A stretch of 64,000 bases of DNA, from contig HF994935.1 in the NCBI GenBank assembly GCA_000434295.1, positions 109,869 through 173,868 on the forward strand, in the 5' to 3' direction. The number at the start of each line of letters is the position of its first letter. The first letter of the stretch is position 1. This stretch comes from Acetobacter sp. CAG:977 (lineage in GTDB: Bacteria > Pseudomonadota > Alphaproteobacteria > CAAGCB01 > CAG-977). The position numbers were made by a program, and so were the translations under genes. Of the stretch, positions 36,140 through 45,757 are shown piece by piece. Below the pieces are notes generated by a model that was given only the letters and a program-made list of their open reading frames with translations, searched no databases and had not been told where the DNA came from.

Positions 36140-37096
36140 TTATTTCAGCGAATTTTTAAACATCCTTTGAAACAGGGTGCATAAAGAATCATTGACCGCC
36201 AAAATTGATCCGTCAAATAAAATTTCGTTGGTTTTTTCTTTACCGTCGATTGTGGAAACGTGGCCGCCGGCTTCTTTGACCAAAAGCAACCCCGCTGCGA
36301 TGTCCCAAGGTTTAATGTCTTCTTCCCAATAGGCTTCGAATTTTCCCGCGGCGACATAAGCCAGATCCAGCGCGGCAGAGCCCATTCTGCGCACGCCGCC
36401 CGTATTTTCCATCATGGGCGCCAGCTGTTTGACAAAGCGTGCGGGATTAGAATGACCTTTATGGGGAATTCCCGTAACGACGACGGCTTCGGTCAAATCG
36501 GCACGGTTTGACACGCGCAAACGGCGGCTGGTCGAACCGACCATTGCCCAAGCGCCTTTGCCTTTTTCGGCATAGAACAATTCTGCCGTAACGGGGTTAT
36601 AGATGACGCCGGCGACGATTTCCTGATCTTCCTGCAAAGCCAAAGAAATTGCGAAATGACCGATTCCGTGCAGAAAGTTCATCGTGCCGTCAAGGGGATC
36701 GAGAATCCAACGGTGAGCCGTATCTTCGCCTTTGATTTCTCCGCCTTCTTCCTGAAGGAAACCGTAGCGGGGGCGGACTTCTTTCAAATATTCGCGAATG
36801 GTTTTTTCGGCATAAGTATCGGCGGAAGAAACGAAATCGGCGGCACCTTTGCGCGAAACCTGCAAATTTTCGATTTCGCCGAAATCGCGCAACAGGTTGC
36901 GACCTGCTTTTTGAACGGCTTTAATCATGACGTTCAGGTTGGCGGACAGGGCGGATAAAAAGCGCTCTTGTCTGGAATCTCTGAATTTTTCAACGGCCTC
37001 AAGCCTTTTGCGTTCGGGGGATTTGAATTCCCGTTGTTTGCGGGGGGCTTTATTTCCTTCCGTTTTGCGTTCGGAGGGGCGCTGTTGGTTCATCAT
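36140..37096 (-). CDS. suhB: Inositol monophosphatase family protein (SuhB-like) with a basic N-terminal extension
   Basis: IMPase motifs WILDPLDGTMNFLHG and WDIAAG. About 50 extra basic residues precede the usual start, and no in-frame ATG or GTG lies near the canonical start. Confidence 0.85.
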   Translation of the reverse strand: MMNQQRPSERKTEGNKAPRKQREFKSPERKRLEAVEKFRDSRQERFLSALSANLNVMIKAVQKAGRNLLRDFGEIENLQVSRKGAADFVSSADTYAEKTIREYLKEVRPRYGFLQEEGGEIKGEDTAHRWILDPLDGTMNFLHGIGHFAISLALQEDQEIVAGVIYNPVTAELFYAEKGKGAWAMVGSTSRRLRVSNRADLTEAVVVTGIPHKGHSNPARFVKQLAPMMENTGGVRRMGSAALDLAYVAAGKFEAYWEEDIKPWDIAAGLLLVKEAGGHVSTIDGKEKTNEILFDGSILAVNDSLCTLFQRMFKNSLK

Positions 37097-37133
37097 GATT
37101 GAAAGCCTTGTTCAAAAAGAAGTTGTTTGAAAA

Positions 37134-37697
37134 TTATTTTGCGCGTTCGACGTAGGTGCAATCTTCCGTCGCGACGACGATTTTTTCGCCCGTCGTGATA
37201 AAGGGCGGAACACCGATGCGCAACCCGTTGTCCAGCAGGGCGGGCTTATAAGAAGACGTTACCGTCTGACCTTTTAAAGCAGGTTCGGTTTCGACGACGG
37301 TCTGAACGACGTTCGTGGGCAATTCGACGTTGACGGGTTTGCCTTCGATGAATTCGACGATGACTTCCATGTTATCCTGCAAGAAAGCGGCGCGGTCCCC
37401 CAAAAGGTCGCGGGGAACGGAGAACTGGTCAAACGTTTCTTTGTCCATAAAGTTCAGCGTTTCGCCGTCCGAGAACATAAAGGTGCAATCGCGTTCTTCG
37501 GACATTAATTTTTCTACGGTATCTGCAGTGCGCCAGCGTTGGTTCGTTTTGACGCCCGTTTCGACGTCGCGCATATCGACCTGAATAAAGGCGCCGCCTT
37601 TGCCCGGAGTAATGATTTGGATTTTAATGACCGAGCAGGGTTTTCCGTTATATTCAATGACCCAGCCGGGGCGAATTTGGTTTGCTTGAGCTTTCAT
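37134..37697 (-). CDS. efp: Elongation factor P
   Basis: 187 aa. Loop ITPGKGGAFIQV carries the modifiable Lys. Confidence 0.93.
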   Translation of the reverse strand: MKAQANQIRPGWVIEYNGKPCSVIKIQIITPGKGGAFIQVDMRDVETGVKTNQRWRTADTVEKLMSEERDCTFMFSDGETLNFMDKETFDQFSVPRDLLGDRAAFLQDNMEVIVEFIEGKPVNVELPTNVVQTVVETEPALKGQTVTSSYKPALLDNGLRIGVPPFITTGEKIVVATEDCTYVERAK

Positions 37698-37804
37698 GTT
37701 TTTTTCCTTTACATACGGACTAAAGTGTCAAAAAGTATTGCCGGAATTTAACAAATTCTTATTCTCAACGCAAGAGCAACCGCATAGACCGAGGTACATT
37801 TTTT

Positions 37805-38854
37805 ATGAAGACGCGCATCCCCGTATGGAACAAGACGTTATATGCCGAGCGTTTGCCCGTTTTAAAACAGCGGGCAAAGATTATCGAGACCGTCCGCCGT
37901 TTTTTCACGGACAGGGGGTTTTTAGAGGTGGAAACGCCGATTTTGCAGGTTTCCCCCGGTTTGGAGCCTCATTTAAAAGCGTTTAAGACGGAACTGGTCG
38001 AACCGTTGGGGCAGGCGGACAGGACGATGTATCTGCACACGTCGCCAGAATTTACGATGAAAAAGCTTTTGGCGGCGGGATTGCCCAAGATTTTTCAGAT
38101 GGCAAGAGTTTTCAGAAACGAAGAACGCTCCGACCGTCACCATCCGGAATTCATCATGCTGGAATGGTACCGCGCGGGCGACGATTACCGCGTTTTGATG
38201 GACGAAACGGCGGATTTGGTGCGTGCGTGCGCCGCCGCGTGCGACAAAAAAGTTTTAAAGGTTGAAGGCAGGGAATACGATCCGTTTTCCGATTGGGAAC
38301 GCTTGTCCGTCGTTGACGCGTTTAAAAAATACGCGGACATAGATTTGTTTTCCGTTTTGCCTTCGGAACCCTCTTTGGAACCCGACCCGCGCCCGTTCGC
38401 AAAAGAAGCCGAACGGATCGGGATACGGACGTCTGCCGAAGACCGTTGGGACGACGTCTTTTTCCGTATTGCTTTTGAAAAAATCGAACCGCATTTGGGC
38501 GAACACCGTCCGACGATTCTTTACGATTATCCCGTTTGCATGGCGGCGTTGTCGCGCAGAAAGCCTTCGGATCCGCGTTTGGCCGAACGTTTTGAAGTCT
38601 ATGTCGGCGGGATGGAGCTTGCCAACGCGTTTTCCGAATTGACGGACGCCCGCGAACAAAGACAGCGTTTCGAACACGATATGGATTTAAAGGAAAAGCT
38701 GTACGGGGAACGCTATCCGATTGACGAAGATTTTATCGATGCCGTGGCGCACATGCCCGAATGCACGGGGATTGCGGTCGGCATAGACCGTTTGGTCATG
38801 GCGATTACCGGCGCGCAACGAATCGAAGACGTGCAATGGATGCCGGTTGCTTAA
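37805..38854 (+). CDS. epmA: EF-P (R)-beta-lysine ligase EpmA (GenX/PoxA)
   Basis: Truncated class II LysRS-like core (FLEVETPIL, FRNEERSDRHHPEFIMLEWY, GIAVGIDRLVM). Divergent from efp. Confidence 0.85.
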   Translation: MKTRIPVWNKTLYAERLPVLKQRAKIIETVRRFFTDRGFLEVETPILQVSPGLEPHLKAFKTELVEPLGQADRTMYLHTSPEFTMKKLLAAGLPKIFQMARVFRNEERSDRHHPEFIMLEWYRAGDDYRVLMDETADLVRACAAACDKKVLKVEGREYDPFSDWERLSVVDAFKKYADIDLFSVLPSEPSLEPDPRPFAKEAERIGIRTSAEDRWDDVFFRIAFEKIEPHLGEHRPTILYDYPVCMAALSRRKPSDPRLAERFEVYVGGMELANAFSELTDAREQRQRFEHDMDLKEKLYGERYPIDEDFIDAVAHMPECTGIAVGIDRLVMAITGAQRIEDVQWMPVA

Positions 38855-39354
38855 ACCGAGATTTTTTTGGCGATGAAATCAACGTTCGGGCACGGCGTTC
38901 CCGTATCAACCAACACGGCGGGGACATTAAACAGCTCTGCCCACCACAGGGTGTTTTGCAAGATATTTTCGCCCGAAAAAGCGATATAATCGGCGCCGGC
39001 TTCTCCTGCCGTCATGGCTTCGTGTCTGGACGAACAGACGACGCCGAGCGCGATGTCGGGTATTTTTTTGCGCAATTCGGATAAGTGCGGCGCATAATCG
39101 ACCTGAACGCCGTCGCATCCCGTTTTAACGGCGGTATCGACGTCGTCTTTTAACAAAACGGCGATGTTTTGAGCCTGCAACGCGGGAATGAGCTTTTTTA
39201 AAACGTTTAAATGACCGTTTTTATCGGCGCCGTCGGGAAACGTGTACAGGAACGCATCGACCGTTTGGTCTTTTGCGAAGTTTTTAACGGCGTTTAAAAG
39301 ATCGGCGGCGTTTTCGAACGTATCGGGGCTGATTAAATATAAACCTTGCTTCAT
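38851..39354 (-). CDS. Thiamine-phosphate synthase (TMP-TENI) superfamily protein
   Basis: 167 aa. LYLISP start, GCDGVQVD and GADYIAFSG segments resemble ThiE/TenI, but it is shorter than canonical ThiE. Confidence 0.5.
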   Translation of the reverse strand: MKQGLYLISPDTFENAADLLNAVKNFAKDQTVDAFLYTFPDGADKNGHLNVLKKLIPALQAQNIAVLLKDDVDTAVKTGCDGVQVDYAPHLSELRKKIPDIALGVVCSSRHEAMTAGEAGADYIAFSGENILQNTLWWAELFNVPAVLVDTGTPCPNVDFIAKKISV

Positions 39355-39501
39355 TGACGGAAATCCTTATTTTTATGAAAAGATTACGCCAAAAGGCGTT
39401 TCGGCGCAACGCAGAAGCGTTTTTAACGCACAAGCCTTGCACAAATTTGCGGAAGCTTTTATTTTAAACAGGCGGATTTTATTCCAAGGAAAGAAAAGAC
39501 A

Positions 39502-40263
39502 GTGGGCGCAGAAACGGAAATACGGGCGGCATTGGAGCGTTTGGAACAGGCGACGCGGCGCATGGAACGCGCGGTGTCGGAATTGGAAAATCGCAAAGCC
39601 GCATTTATAAAGCTTCGAGAAGAATACGAGGCGCTTTTAGCCGAACGCGAAGCGTTGCTGACCGAACGGGCATCATCGCCGCGGGACGAAGAGTTTGCGC
39701 AGCTTTCAGCCGAACGCGATGCGTTGTTGGCGACGCGCAAACGTCTGGTCGGCGAAAAGAACCAGCTGTTAAGGGAACGCGAAGGGTTTAAAAAGTTCCG
39801 CGAAGGCTGGGCAAAGGAACGCCCCGTGCTGATTAAGGAAAAAGAAGATTTGGAAGCGGAACGTCTTCGCCTTCTTTCCGAACGGGATCGTCTTTTGGCG
39901 GAAAAGGAGCAGCTTGCGGCGCACGGAGCGGGGATGGACACGCAACGGGACGCCGAACGGGAAGAGGCGTTGAAGGCGGCTGTATCAGATTTGGCAAGAC
40001 TTAAAGATGAAAACAACCGCCTGAAAACCGAAAATTCCACATTCTCGGAAGAACGCGATTTGTTAAAGGCTCAGGTCGGCGAACTGACGGAATTGAAAAC
40101 GTCGCTGGAAAATCGGGCGCAATCGCATGATGCGGAAAAGGAAGCGCTTCTTGTCGAGCTCGGAGGCGTAAAGCGGGCTTATGAAGAATTAAAACAAACG
40201 TCTTCGGCGGCGTCCGAGCGGCTGGATGCCGTTTTGGCAGAGTTGAAGGCGTTGAGGGGGTAG
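39502..40263 (+). CDS. Coiled-coil protein upstream of zapA (DUF4164-like)
   Basis: GTG start. 253 aa, almost entirely heptad-like E/R/L repeats (AEREALLTER, AERDALLATRKRL, ERDRLLAEKEQL). Position relative to zapA matches alphaproteobacterial DUF4164 genes. Confidence 0.45.
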   Translation: MGAETEIRAALERLEQATRRMERAVSELENRKAAFIKLREEYEALLAEREALLTERASSPRDEEFAQLSAERDALLATRKRLVGEKNQLLREREGFKKFREGWAKERPVLIKEKEDLEAERLRLLSERDRLLAEKEQLAAHGAGMDTQRDAEREEALKAAVSDLARLKDENNRLKTENSTFSEERDLLKAQVGELTELKTSLENRAQSHDAEKEALLVELGGVKRAYEELKQTSSAASERLDAVLAELKALRG

Positions 40264-40266
40264 GGA

Positions 40267-40593
40267 ATGGCGATCGTCCAATTGGTTATCGGCGGCCAGA
40301 AATACACGGTTTCGTGCGGCGACGGGCAGGAAGGCGTTTTGCAGCGTGCGGCGGCGTTGTTGGATGAAAAGGTAACGCAGGTCAGACGTGCGGGGCACGT
40401 TCCCGAAACGCTGGGGCTGGTTATGGGCGGGCTTCTTTTGGCAAGCGAGCTTGACGAGAAACGCATACAGCTTCAAAAACAAGCTTCGCAGTCTTTTGAA
40501 ATTTCGCATGAAGATCTGTTGAAAGCGGCGGAAAACGTCGAAAAAGCGGCGGAACGGATTTCTGTTGTTGCCGAGCGGCTTGAAAACGCGTAA
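40267..40593 (+). CDS. zapA: Cell division protein ZapA
   Basis: 108 aa. VQLVIGGQKYTVSCGDGQE... followed by a helical C-terminus. zapA-ssrS-MTHFS synteny. Confidence 0.8.
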   Translation: MAIVQLVIGGQKYTVSCGDGQEGVLQRAAALLDEKVTQVRRAGHVPETLGLVMGGLLLASELDEKRIQLQKQASQSFEISHEDLLKAAENVEKAAERISVVAERLENA

Positions 40594-40603
40594 ATTCGGT
40601 AAC

Positions 40604-40800
40604 GGAGCAGAGCTTTCTGATGCGTCAGGGTCCCGCAGAACCCGGGGCCAACGATTATTAGAAAGGGAGCTGTCCCTGCCTTTGCCGACGCATTCAGCGA
40701 TTTTGAATTCGAAGGGGAAGGTATTACGGCACCCACCTTAACATAGCGGCCCACGCGACGCGTGAGTTGACCCGACGGTCAAGGATGCCCTGCTCTTCCG
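40604..40800 (+). ncRNA. ssrS: 6S RNA (ssrS) candidate
   Basis: A non-coding ~200-nt gap between zapA and the MTHFS gene, the conserved ssrS location. Closing stem GAGCAGAGC (40605-40613) pairs with GCCCTGCTC (40787-40795), with one mismatch. Ends are approximate. Confidence 0.6.
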
Positions 40801-40826
40801 AAACGATAACCGGTACGGGAAAACGG

Positions 40827-41420
40827 ATGGATTTTACGTTATTAAAACGCCAGATGCGCCTGACGGCGGTGCGCAAACGTTCCGAAATTGCGTCGGATTA
40901 CGCATCGATCAGCGCGGAAAAGCTGGTTGATTTGGCTCAAAGGCTGGCGTTGCCCGAAAAGGCGGCGGTTTCGGCGTACTGGCCGATGAAATCCGAAATG
41001 GATGTCCGCCCGTTGATGCGATATTTTCATGAAACGGGGCATACGGTGTGCTTGCCCGTGGTGACGCGCAAGGACGAACCGATGCTGTTTCGCCGCTGGG
41101 CGCCCGACGACAAGCTGGTTGTCGGAATGTACGGCGTTGAACAGCCCGACGAAAAAAGCGAAAGCGTCGTTCCCGATGTTTTGTTTTTGCCTTTGCTGGC
41201 GTTTGACAGGCGTGGCGGTCGTTTGGGGTACGGCGGCGGTTTTTATGACAGGACGTTAAGTTTTTATGACAGGACGTTAAAGCTGTTGCGCAAAGAAGGG
41301 CGCCGTTTAATCGCCGGCGTCGGCTTTGCCATGCAGGAAGTCGAATCCGTTCCGTTGGAAGAAACGGACGAACGGCTTGACGTTATATTGACGGAAAAAG
41401 AACTGATAAAGGTTTCCTGA
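40827..41420 (+). CDS. 5-formyltetrahydrofolate cyclo-ligase
   Basis: Family motif GYGGGFYDRTL. Start moved from the track's 40767 to ATG 40827 so that it does not overlap the 6S RNA. Confidence 0.85.
   Translation: MDFTLLKRQMRLTAVRKRSEIASDYASISAEKLVDLAQRLALPEKAAVSAYWPMKSEMDVRPLMRYFHETGHTVCLPVVTRKDEPMLFRRWAPDDKLVVGMYGVEQPDEKSESVVPDVLFLPLLAFDRRGGRLGYGGGFYDRTLSFYDRTLKLLRKEGRRLIAGVGFAMQEVESVPLEETDERLDVILTEKELIKVS
41240..41281 (+). repeat. 21-bp tandem direct duplication (20/21 identical), in frame
   Basis: tttttatgacaggacgttaag followed by tttttatgacaggacgttaaa, which duplicates FYDRTLS/FYDRTLK inside the conserved MTHFS motif. Confidence 0.9.
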
Positions 41421-41421
41421 A

Positions 41422-42237
41422 ATGCGAATTTTATTTTTGGGCGACGTCGTGGGGCACGGCGGGCGGCGGGCGGTCATTGATTTTTTGCCGGAATTCAGGC
41501 GCCGCCATCATGTCGATTTTACGATCGTCAACGGCGACAATGCGGCACACGGGTTCGGTTTGACGGGCAAAGTCTGCGAACAGCTGTTTGACGCGGGGGC
41601 GGACGCGGTAACGACGGGAAACCATACTTGGGATCAGCGGGAGATTTTGCCGTATTTGGAAAAGGAACGCCGTTTGTTGCGTCCTTTTAATTTTCCTCAA
41701 GGGGCTCCGGGACGCGGGTGCGGTTTTTACGTTTTGCCCGACGGGCGCAAGATCGGCGTTTTGCATTTGCAGGGGCGCGTTTATATGGAGGCATTGGACG
41801 ATCCGTTTCGTGCGGCGGCGCAATGGACGGATTCTTTGAAACTGGGCAAAGACGCGCAGGCGATGATTATAGATTTTCATGCCGATGCGACCAGCGAAAA
41901 AATGGCGCTCGGTCAGTATTGCGACGGCAAAGTTTCTTTGGTTGTGGGGTCTCATACGCATATACCGACGGCGGATGCTCAGATATTGCCTTTCGGGACG
42001 GCGTACCAGACGGATGCGGGGATGTGCGGTTGTTTTGATTCTGTGATCGGCATGGATAAAAAAGAACCCGTCCGCCGTTTTGTAACGGGGCTTCGCAACG
42101 AACATTTCACGCCGGCAAAGGGCGAAGCGACGGTTTGCGGGCTGATGGTCGATACGAATGATGCGACGGGGCTTGCCGAACGGGTGTTTATGATACGGAC
42201 GGGCGGCAGGTTAGAGGAGTCTTTACCTGAAGACTGA
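41422..42237 (+). CDS. YmdB-like metallophosphoesterase (TIGR00282 family)
   Basis: MRILFLGDVVG...VNGDNAAHGFG...TGNHTWD motifs. Confidence 0.85.
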   Translation: MRILFLGDVVGHGGRRAVIDFLPEFRRRHHVDFTIVNGDNAAHGFGLTGKVCEQLFDAGADAVTTGNHTWDQREILPYLEKERRLLRPFNFPQGAPGRGCGFYVLPDGRKIGVLHLQGRVYMEALDDPFRAAAQWTDSLKLGKDAQAMIIDFHADATSEKMALGQYCDGKVSLVVGSHTHIPTADAQILPFGTAYQTDAGMCGCFDSVIGMDKKEPVRRFVTGLRNEHFTPAKGEATVCGLMVDTNDATGLAERVFMIRTGGRLEESLPED

Positions 42238-42292
42238 ATAGTGATAAAACAGGTCGAATTTTTGTTTTTTATATCCTGAAAAGAGGTTTGCA

Positions 42293-43045
42293 ATGTCAGG
42301 TCATTCCCAATTTAAGAACATTATGCACCGCAAGGGTGCGCAAGATAAAATCCGTGCCCGCACGTTTTCAAAGCTGGCGCGCGAAATAACGGTTGCCGCA
42401 AAGTGCGGCATGCCGGATCCTGCTCACAACCCGCGGCTTCGTGCGGCGATTCAGGCGGCGCGTGCGGAAAATATGCCCAAAGACAATATTGAACGCGCAA
42501 TTAAAAAAGGCACGCCCGGTGCGGACGACACCGTTTATGATGAAGTCCGTTATGAAGGCTACGGTCCCGGCAACATAGCGGTTATTGTGGAAGCGTTGAC
42601 GGACAATCGTAACCGTACGGCTCCCGCGGTTCGTTCGATTTTCGGCAAGCACGGCGGGAATATGGGCGAAACGAATTCGGTTGCGTTTAATTTCGAACGC
42701 ATTGGGTTAATTACGTATCCCGCTTCGGGGATTTCAGCAGACGAAATGTTTGAAGCGGCATTGGAAGCGGGCGCTTCTGACGTATCTTCGGATGAAGAAG
42801 AACACGAAATCATTTGTTCTCCGGACGATTTGGCAGCCGTTCGCGACGCGTTGGAAGCCAAGTTCGGTTCTCCGACGGCGGCACGTTTAGACTGGAAGGC
42901 TTTGAACACGATTGAGCTGACGGACGAAGAAACGGCACGCAAATTCTTTGACTTCGTCGAAGCGTTGAATGACGACGACGACGTTCAGCGCGTTGCGTCG
43001 AACCATTCGATTTCCGACGAGCTGTTGGAAAAGCTGAAAGACTGA
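42293..43045 (+). CDS. yebC: YebC/PmpR-family transcriptional regulator
   Basis: Hallmark N-terminus [18 protein letters not shown]. Immediately upstream of ruvC. Confidence 0.92.
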   Translation: MSGHSQFKNIMHRKGAQDKIRARTFSKLAREITVAAKCGMPDPAHNPRLRAAIQAARAENMPKDNIERAIKKGTPGADDTVYDEVRYEGYGPGNIAVIVEALTDNRNRTAPAVRSIFGKHGGNMGETNSVAFNFERIGLITYPASGISADEMFEAALEAGASDVSSDEEEHEIICSPDDLAAVRDALEAKFGSPTAARLDWKALNTIELTDEETARKFFDFVEALNDDDDVQRVASNHSISDELLEKLKD

Positions 43046-43049
43046 CGTC

Positions 43050-43568
43050 TTGGGAAAGGTTGTTCGGATTTTGGGGCTTGACCCCGGTCTGCGCCATACG
43101 GGATGGGGAATCCTTGACAGTCGGGACTCTCGGGTAACGTTTGTTGCCGCAGGGGTTGCCGATTCGACGGATTCCCTTTCTTTGTCGGAACGTTTGGCAG
43201 AGCTTCACGCCAAGATTCGCGCCGTGATATCGGAATTCAATCCTGACGAGGCGGCGGTCGAAGAAACGTTTGTGAACAAAAATCCGAGCTCGACGTTAAA
43301 GCTGGGGCAAGCACGCGGCGTGGTTTTGCTGGCACCGGCGCAGTCGGGAATTCCCGTTTGCGAATATACGCCGAACCAAATCAAAAAAGCCGTTGTCGGC
43401 GCAGGGCACGCCGAAAAACGACAAGTCGACATGATGGTTCATACTCTTTTGCCCGGTTGCGGCAAACTTCGTCCCGATGCGGCGGATGCTTTGGCGGCGG
43501 CGATTTGCCATTCTTACATGCGTATTACGTCGGAGAGGCTGAAAATTTTGGAAGCCTTAAAGCGCTGA
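43050..43568 (+). CDS. ruvC: Holliday junction resolvase RuvC
   Basis: TTG start; ILGLDPGLRHTGWG; catalytic acidic residues; DALAAAICH. Confidence 0.9.
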   Translation: MGKVVRILGLDPGLRHTGWGILDSRDSRVTFVAAGVADSTDSLSLSERLAELHAKIRAVISEFNPDEAAVEETFVNKNPSSTLKLGQARGVVLLAPAQSGIPVCEYTPNQIKKAVVGAGHAEKRQVDMMVHTLLPGCGKLRPDAADALAAAICHSYMRITSERLKILEALKR

Positions 43569-43651
43569 AGGCGAATATGCGCCGTTGCGTTCGGGCTTTT
43601 TTTCTGATAATCAAAACAAAGCGTTTTTTATAAGCCGAAACGGCGGTTGAA

Positions 43652-44266
43652 ATGATAGCGAAATTAAAAGGCATACTTGATTCGACGGGTGACGGGTTTT
43701 TGATTTTGGACGTGAACGGGGTCGGTTACCGCGTTTTTTGTTCAAACAAAACCTTGGCGAAGATGCCTCCTGCGGGACAGGCTGCGGCGCTGTTGATCGA
43801 AACGCAGGTTCGCGAAGATCACATCCATTTGTTCGGATTTGCCGATGCCGTTGAAAAAGGCTGGTTTTCTTTGTTAACGACGGTTCAGGGCGTCGGGGCA
43901 AAGGTCGCTTTGGCTATTTTGTCGGTGCTGAACGCAGAAGAACTGAGCATGGCCGTTATGTCGGGGGATTCGAAATCCGTTACCCGCGCAAACGGCGTCG
44001 GACCGAAGCTTGCCGTTCGGATCGTGACGGAATTAAAAGGAAAAACGGGGAATTTCGATACGGCGGGCGCTTCGGGGATTGTCGGCGATGTTTCGACGGA
44101 TTCCGAACAGGGCTCTGCCGTCGGCGATGCCGTTTCCGCTTTGGTAAATTTGGGGTATGCGCGTATGGACGCGGCAATGGCGGTGAATAAGGCTTTGAAA
44201 AACCGCGGGGCGCAGGCGTCGGTTTCCGATTTAATCCGTGACGCGCTGAAAGAGTTTGCGCCATGA
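43652..44266 (+). CDS. ruvA: Holliday junction branch migration protein RuvA
   Basis: [10 protein letters not shown]...VNGVGYRV...[17 protein letters not shown]. Confidence 0.92.
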   Translation: MIAKLKGILDSTGDGFLILDVNGVGYRVFCSNKTLAKMPPAGQAAALLIETQVREDHIHLFGFADAVEKGWFSLLTTVQGVGAKVALAILSVLNAEELSMAVMSGDSKSVTRANGVGPKLAVRIVTELKGKTGNFDTAGASGIVGDVSTDSEQGSAVGDAVSALVNLGYARMDAAMAVNKALKNRGAQASVSDLIRDALKEFAP

Positions 44267-45300
44267 TTGACGAAAGAATCGTAGCGCCGTCAAAAAAGGA
44301 AGGCGATGACGACATGATGTCGCTTCGCCCGCAAACGCTTTCTGATTTTATCGGGCAGAGCAGCGTTTGCGATAATCTGAAGGTTTTTATTTCCGCGGCA
44401 TTGTCGCGCGGAGAAGCGTTGGATCATGTGTTGCTGTTCGGACCTCCCGGATTGGGAAAAACGACGCTGGCACAGATTGTGGCGCACGAGCTCGGCGTCG
44501 GTTTTCGCGCGACGTCCGCTCCGATGATTTCCAAAGCGGGCGATTTGGCGGCGATATTGACGAATTTGGAAAAGAACGATGTTCTTTTTATTGACGAAAT
44601 CCACCGTTTAAATCCTGCGATAGAAGAAGTTTTATATGCGGCGATGGAGGACTTTCAGCTGGATTTGATTATCGGCGAAGGGCCTGCGGCGCGTTCCGTC
44701 CGCATAGATTTGCAGCCGTTTACGCTGGTCGGCGCGACGACGCGTTCGGGATTGCTGACTCAGCCGTTGCGCGACAGGTTCGGGATACCGTTGCGGTTGG
44801 ATTTTTACGATCCGTCGGATTTGGAAAAGATAGTGGTGCGCGGCGCGGGCGTATTAAACATATCCGTCACGCCCGACGGTGCGGCGGAAATTGCAAAGCG
44901 TTCGCGCGGGACGCCGCGCGTTGCGGGCAGACTGTTAAAGCGGGTCAGGGATTTTGCGTCGTTTTCCGGAAAAAAGGAAATTGATGCAAAGCTTGCCGAT
45001 GCGGCGTTAAAACGGTTGGACGTTGACGAACGCGGTCTTGATATGATGGACAGACGTTATTTAACCTGCATTGCGCAAAAGTACGCGGGCGGGCCCGTCG
45101 GAGCGGATACGCTGGCGGCGGCGCTGTCGGAAGAACGCGACACGATAGAGGAAGTCATCGAGCCGTATTTGTTGCAACAAGGGTTTGTGCAACGGACGTC
45201 TCGCGGACGGATGCTGTCGGCGGCGGGGTTTAAACATTTGGGATTAAAGGCGCCGCAGGCGGCGGCAGACACATTGGCATTGTTCGGAGAAGACTTATGA
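44263..45300 (+). CDS. ruvB: Holliday junction branch migration ATPase RuvB
   Basis: [12 protein letters not shown], Walker [29 protein letters not shown]. Confidence 0.95.
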   Translation: MIDERIVAPSKKEGDDDMMSLRPQTLSDFIGQSSVCDNLKVFISAALSRGEALDHVLLFGPPGLGKTTLAQIVAHELGVGFRATSAPMISKAGDLAAILTNLEKNDVLFIDEIHRLNPAIEEVLYAAMEDFQLDLIIGEGPAARSVRIDLQPFTLVGATTRSGLLTQPLRDRFGIPLRLDFYDPSDLEKIVVRGAGVLNISVTPDGAAEIAKRSRGTPRVAGRLLKRVRDFASFSGKKEIDAKLADAALKRLDVDERGLDMMDRRYLTCIAQKYAGGPVGADTLAAALSEERDTIEEVIEPYLLQQGFVQRTSRGRMLSAAGFKHLGLKAPQAAADTLALFGEDL

Positions 45301-45695
45301 AATCGATATTGCCTGTTAAAGTATATTATGAAGACACGGATGCCGGCGGCGTGGTTTATTACGCGAATTACCTGCGTTATGCCGAACGGGGACGGACGGA
45401 GTTTTTTAAAGACGCCGGATTTTCGAACACGGAATTTTTGCGTTCCGAAACGCCGGTTGCGTTTATGGTCAAGCGTTGCGAGATAGAATATTTTCGTCCG
45501 GCGCGTTTGGAAGACGAACTGACGGTCGAGACCGAAGTTGAAGAAGTCGGCGGAGCATCGTTAAAGTTTTTGCAAACGGTCATGCGCGGGACGGAAAAGC
45601 TGGCAGAGCTTCATGTGACCGTTGTGTGCGCGGCGTTGATGACGGGCAAGCCGAAACGGATTCCGGAAGAATTGCGCGAAAAGCTGTCGTCGTAA
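45297..45695 (+). CDS. ybgC: Tol-Pal-associated acyl-CoA thioesterase YbgC
   Basis: Hot-dog-fold start [20 protein letters not shown]. Position just before tolQ. Confidence 0.88.
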   Translation: MKSILPVKVYYEDTDAGGVVYYANYLRYAERGRTEFFKDAGFSNTEFLRSETPVAFMVKRCEIEYFRPARLEDELTVETEVEEVGGASLKFLQTVMRGTEKLAELHVTVVCAALMTGKPKRIPEELREKLSS

Positions 45696-45757
45696 TCTTG
45701 TGTTAATGAATATGCGTTAATTTTCGAAATAAACCTTAATTTAGAACGGAGAGCTTT

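Noticed and set aside
39459-40040. 193-aa minus-strand ORF opposite the coiled-coil gene
   Set aside because: Its Ser/Arg-rich low-complexity translation is the antisense shadow of a GA-rich coiled-coil coding sequence.
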